64,000 bases of DNA from Dicyema japonicum (Eukaryota; Animalia; Dicyemida). Made by a program: the position numbers and the translations under genes. The stretch's first letter is position 1, and each line of letters begins with the position of its first letter. Location: assembly GCA_011109175.1 (NCBI GenBank), contig RDEW01000018.1, positions 140,895 through 204,894 of the forward strand, in the 5' to 3' direction. The notes beneath the pieces are model-generated. The model did not search any database. It was not told the origin of the DNA and was given only the letters and a program-made list of their open reading frames with translations. This document shows, one piece after another, positions 61,738 through 64,000 of this stretch.

Positions 61738-62535
61738 TCAAATTTGATTGAGCGGTCCATTATTCCGCCTAAAGTAAACAAACCACTAACCTCGTCTGAA
61801 ATCCATCAGAATTCCTCCTAAACAACTCAGTCACAATCAATACATCACTCTAAACATAAAAGAGCTAGCGCCAACCTCTTATACTGACCCTGTCTACCTT
61901 CATAGTATCGTCTACACTCATAAAACAACCATTACCGATTCTCGACCAGCCAAAATTCCTACAAAATCACCATAACAATCACCTTTGTAGATTGTAACAG
62001 TCACGTGCAAAATGTCCTCGGTCTCCGCAGCTATAACACCTCATTTTGGGATCAAAATGTCCCCTTCTCTACCCTTCGTCCTGGGCCTCGCCATAGTCAC
62101 TTTAATAGTGCTCCCTTTCAGCACACTAACCATTATAAAACAGTCTACTATTCGTCTAGGCTGATCATGGCTTCCTTAGCGTCCTCTTCATACTTGAAAA
62201 TGACAAATCCAAAGCAGGGGGACGTTCGAGCGACCCAAACGTCTTCCACATCGCCGTAGACTTTGAAAATGGCAGATAGGTCCCTTTCTGTGGTTCGGGG
62301 AGAAAGATCTGCGATGTGAAGCCTGTTTTGAAGCTCCAAAGAGTCGGCTGGTGAGGGAGAACGGTCACGAAGACGTTTCTTTGAATCGAGTTCCGAATTT
62401 AGAGAGGGCAGCCCCCGTTTGTCGGTAGATTCAGCTTTCCCTTCGATTGGAGAAGGCGATCGAGATTTAATCACAACTAAAAGTTATTATAATGACGAAG
62501 TTTGAGGTTTAGTAAAACTTACTGTTGTCAGCCAT
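61738..62535 (-). CDS. SRSF7/9G8-like RRM + CCHC zinc-knuckle protein (3' exons uncertain)
   Basis: LHIADL...IFKVYGDVEDVWVARTSPCFGFV, VTMARPRTKG, FDPKMRCYSCGDRGHFARDC after one single-base shift at ~62061-62071. Confidence 0.75.
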
Positions 62536-62674
62536 CACCACGTTTCAAATGTTTCAATTAATTTTAAATAATAAATAATTATTAATAAATTGTATATTAT
62601 TTAAATAACTTGAATTCATTTTTAAAGATTTTACTTTAAGTTTAATATTTAAATTTAGTTTCTTAGATACACGA

Positions 62675-63903
62675 ATGGCGACCGACACACAAGACGAAAA
62701 TGTTGATTTGGACAATTTGAACGGTTTTTTTATTTGGTTAATTTTAAGGTAACTTAGACTCTGAGGAATCGAAGGAGGACGAGGAAGAGGAGGAGCCTGA
62801 AGCAGAACCTGAGGCTGAAGAAGATGAAGAGGAGGTTTTACTGTAAACTTATTTGAAGGAGGACGCAGTTCCCCTCACTGCCTCCATTGTGGCGGAAGGT
62901 CTGTCCCTAGTTAGCAAGGTTTCTGATGGATTCGCTCACGCCTATGTGCGACTGTCTCTGAAGGAGAGGTCTCTTCGGCTTAATTTGCAGGGAACTATCG
63001 AATATCGATGCCATCAAACAGTTTATTTACCTACGATATGTGGATTTGTCGAATAATTACATTAAAAGTCTTCAGCCCTTGGAGAACTTGACTACCATTC
63101 TGGTGCTGAAGGTCGACAGTAACAAAATTCAAACTGTGGATCTACCAGAAATGCGGTTCCTTCAGATTTTGAGTTTAAATAACAACAAATTGAAATCCCT
63201 TAACGGAATGAATTTCCCACTTTTGGAACAACTCAGCGTCAACGGTTTTAATTTTTATTTTTTGATTAAATTAATAAAAAATTTTAATTTTTATAAATTA
63301 TTTATAATTTAATAATAAATCATAGAAAATGACATCACTGACATTTCCGGCCTTGATCCTGACGTTTTTTCGAACTTACACACTCTAGAGGTGCGGGGAA
63401 CAAAATCAAGTCTACCAAAAGCCTAAACCTGCCGAATCTGAAGCACCTTTACTTAGTCTTTGTAAAATTTATGCTAGGCTGAAAACAAAATTACAGAGTT
63501 GGCAGGACTAAGCAACTTGACATCTCTCCAAACCCTCCATCTGAGGAACAACACGACTTTAAATAACCTCGATGGTCTCTCGGAGTCCAACACTTCCTTA
63601 AAAATTCTAAATTTAAGGTTTTATGGAATTTATGTTTTCCAGGTCTACTGAAATCTCCAATTTCGCGGAAATAGTAAAATTGGGGGCAATTCAGAGCTTA
63701 AACAAATTGAGTTTAGTAGGTTTGTATTCCTAAATATTGAAGACACCCCGATTGCTAGTGAGGGAAATTACCGAGTGGAGGTGTTGTCATATATAAAGAG
63801 TCTCACTAAGCTGGACAAGGAAGAAATCACGGAGGAGGAGATCACCGAAGCTCACGAAATCATTAGACAGAGATCTGAGGAGGATAATTCTATTGAAGTT
63901 TAA
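62675..63903 (+). CDS. LRRC23: Leucine-rich repeat protein 23 (axonemal radial-spoke associated), multi-exon
   Basis: Acidic N-terminus, EGLSLVSKVSDGFAHAYVRLSLKEREL, YLRYVDLSNN, LHTLEVRGNKI, LNLPNLKHLYLAEN. Seven introns. One single-base shift at ~63395-63405. Confidence 0.88.
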
Positions 63904-64000
63904 TGATTTCACGTTCCTTTAGACGCCAAACGCTAAAGAATAGAATCGAATAACTCTGACTAATCTTAAATATTGATTTCTCATTTGAGTTCATTGAGTC

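Noticed and set aside
1-64000. The window being microsporidian or prokaryotic DNA
   Set aside because: Intron-dense genes and the axonemal gene LRRC23 do not fit either. Only the R4-like element looks microsporidian-like.

Overview
AT-rich eukaryotic (animal-type) genomic DNA with no prokaryotic features. Compact housekeeping genes (ABHD16A, transaldolase, RPA1, TOMM22, CPSF4/CPSF30, POLR2H/RPB8, an SRSF7-like RRM/zinc-knuckle protein, LRRC23) sit as islands in densely nested transposable elements. These include RTE, Jockey/I-like, CRE-like and one intact R4/Dong-like non-LTR element, plus hAT, Mutator and piggyBac-type DNA elements. The genes are split by ultra-short introns (mostly 21-30 nt) with degenerate GT(T/A) donors. 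With the motile-cilium gene LRRC23 this fits a reduced ciliated metazoan parasite such as a dicyemid (inference only). Main signal: three introns in three conserved genes restore the conserved protein when spliced as GT...TG. For two of them no AG solution exists; for the third the AG solution deletes a conserved motif. This suggests routine use of TG 3' splice sites in tiny introns. Caveat: single-base frameshifts in several conserved genes (mostly in homopolymers) show the assembly probably carries long-read indel errors. Gene and TE names come from motif recognition, not database searches. Many TE boundaries are approximate.
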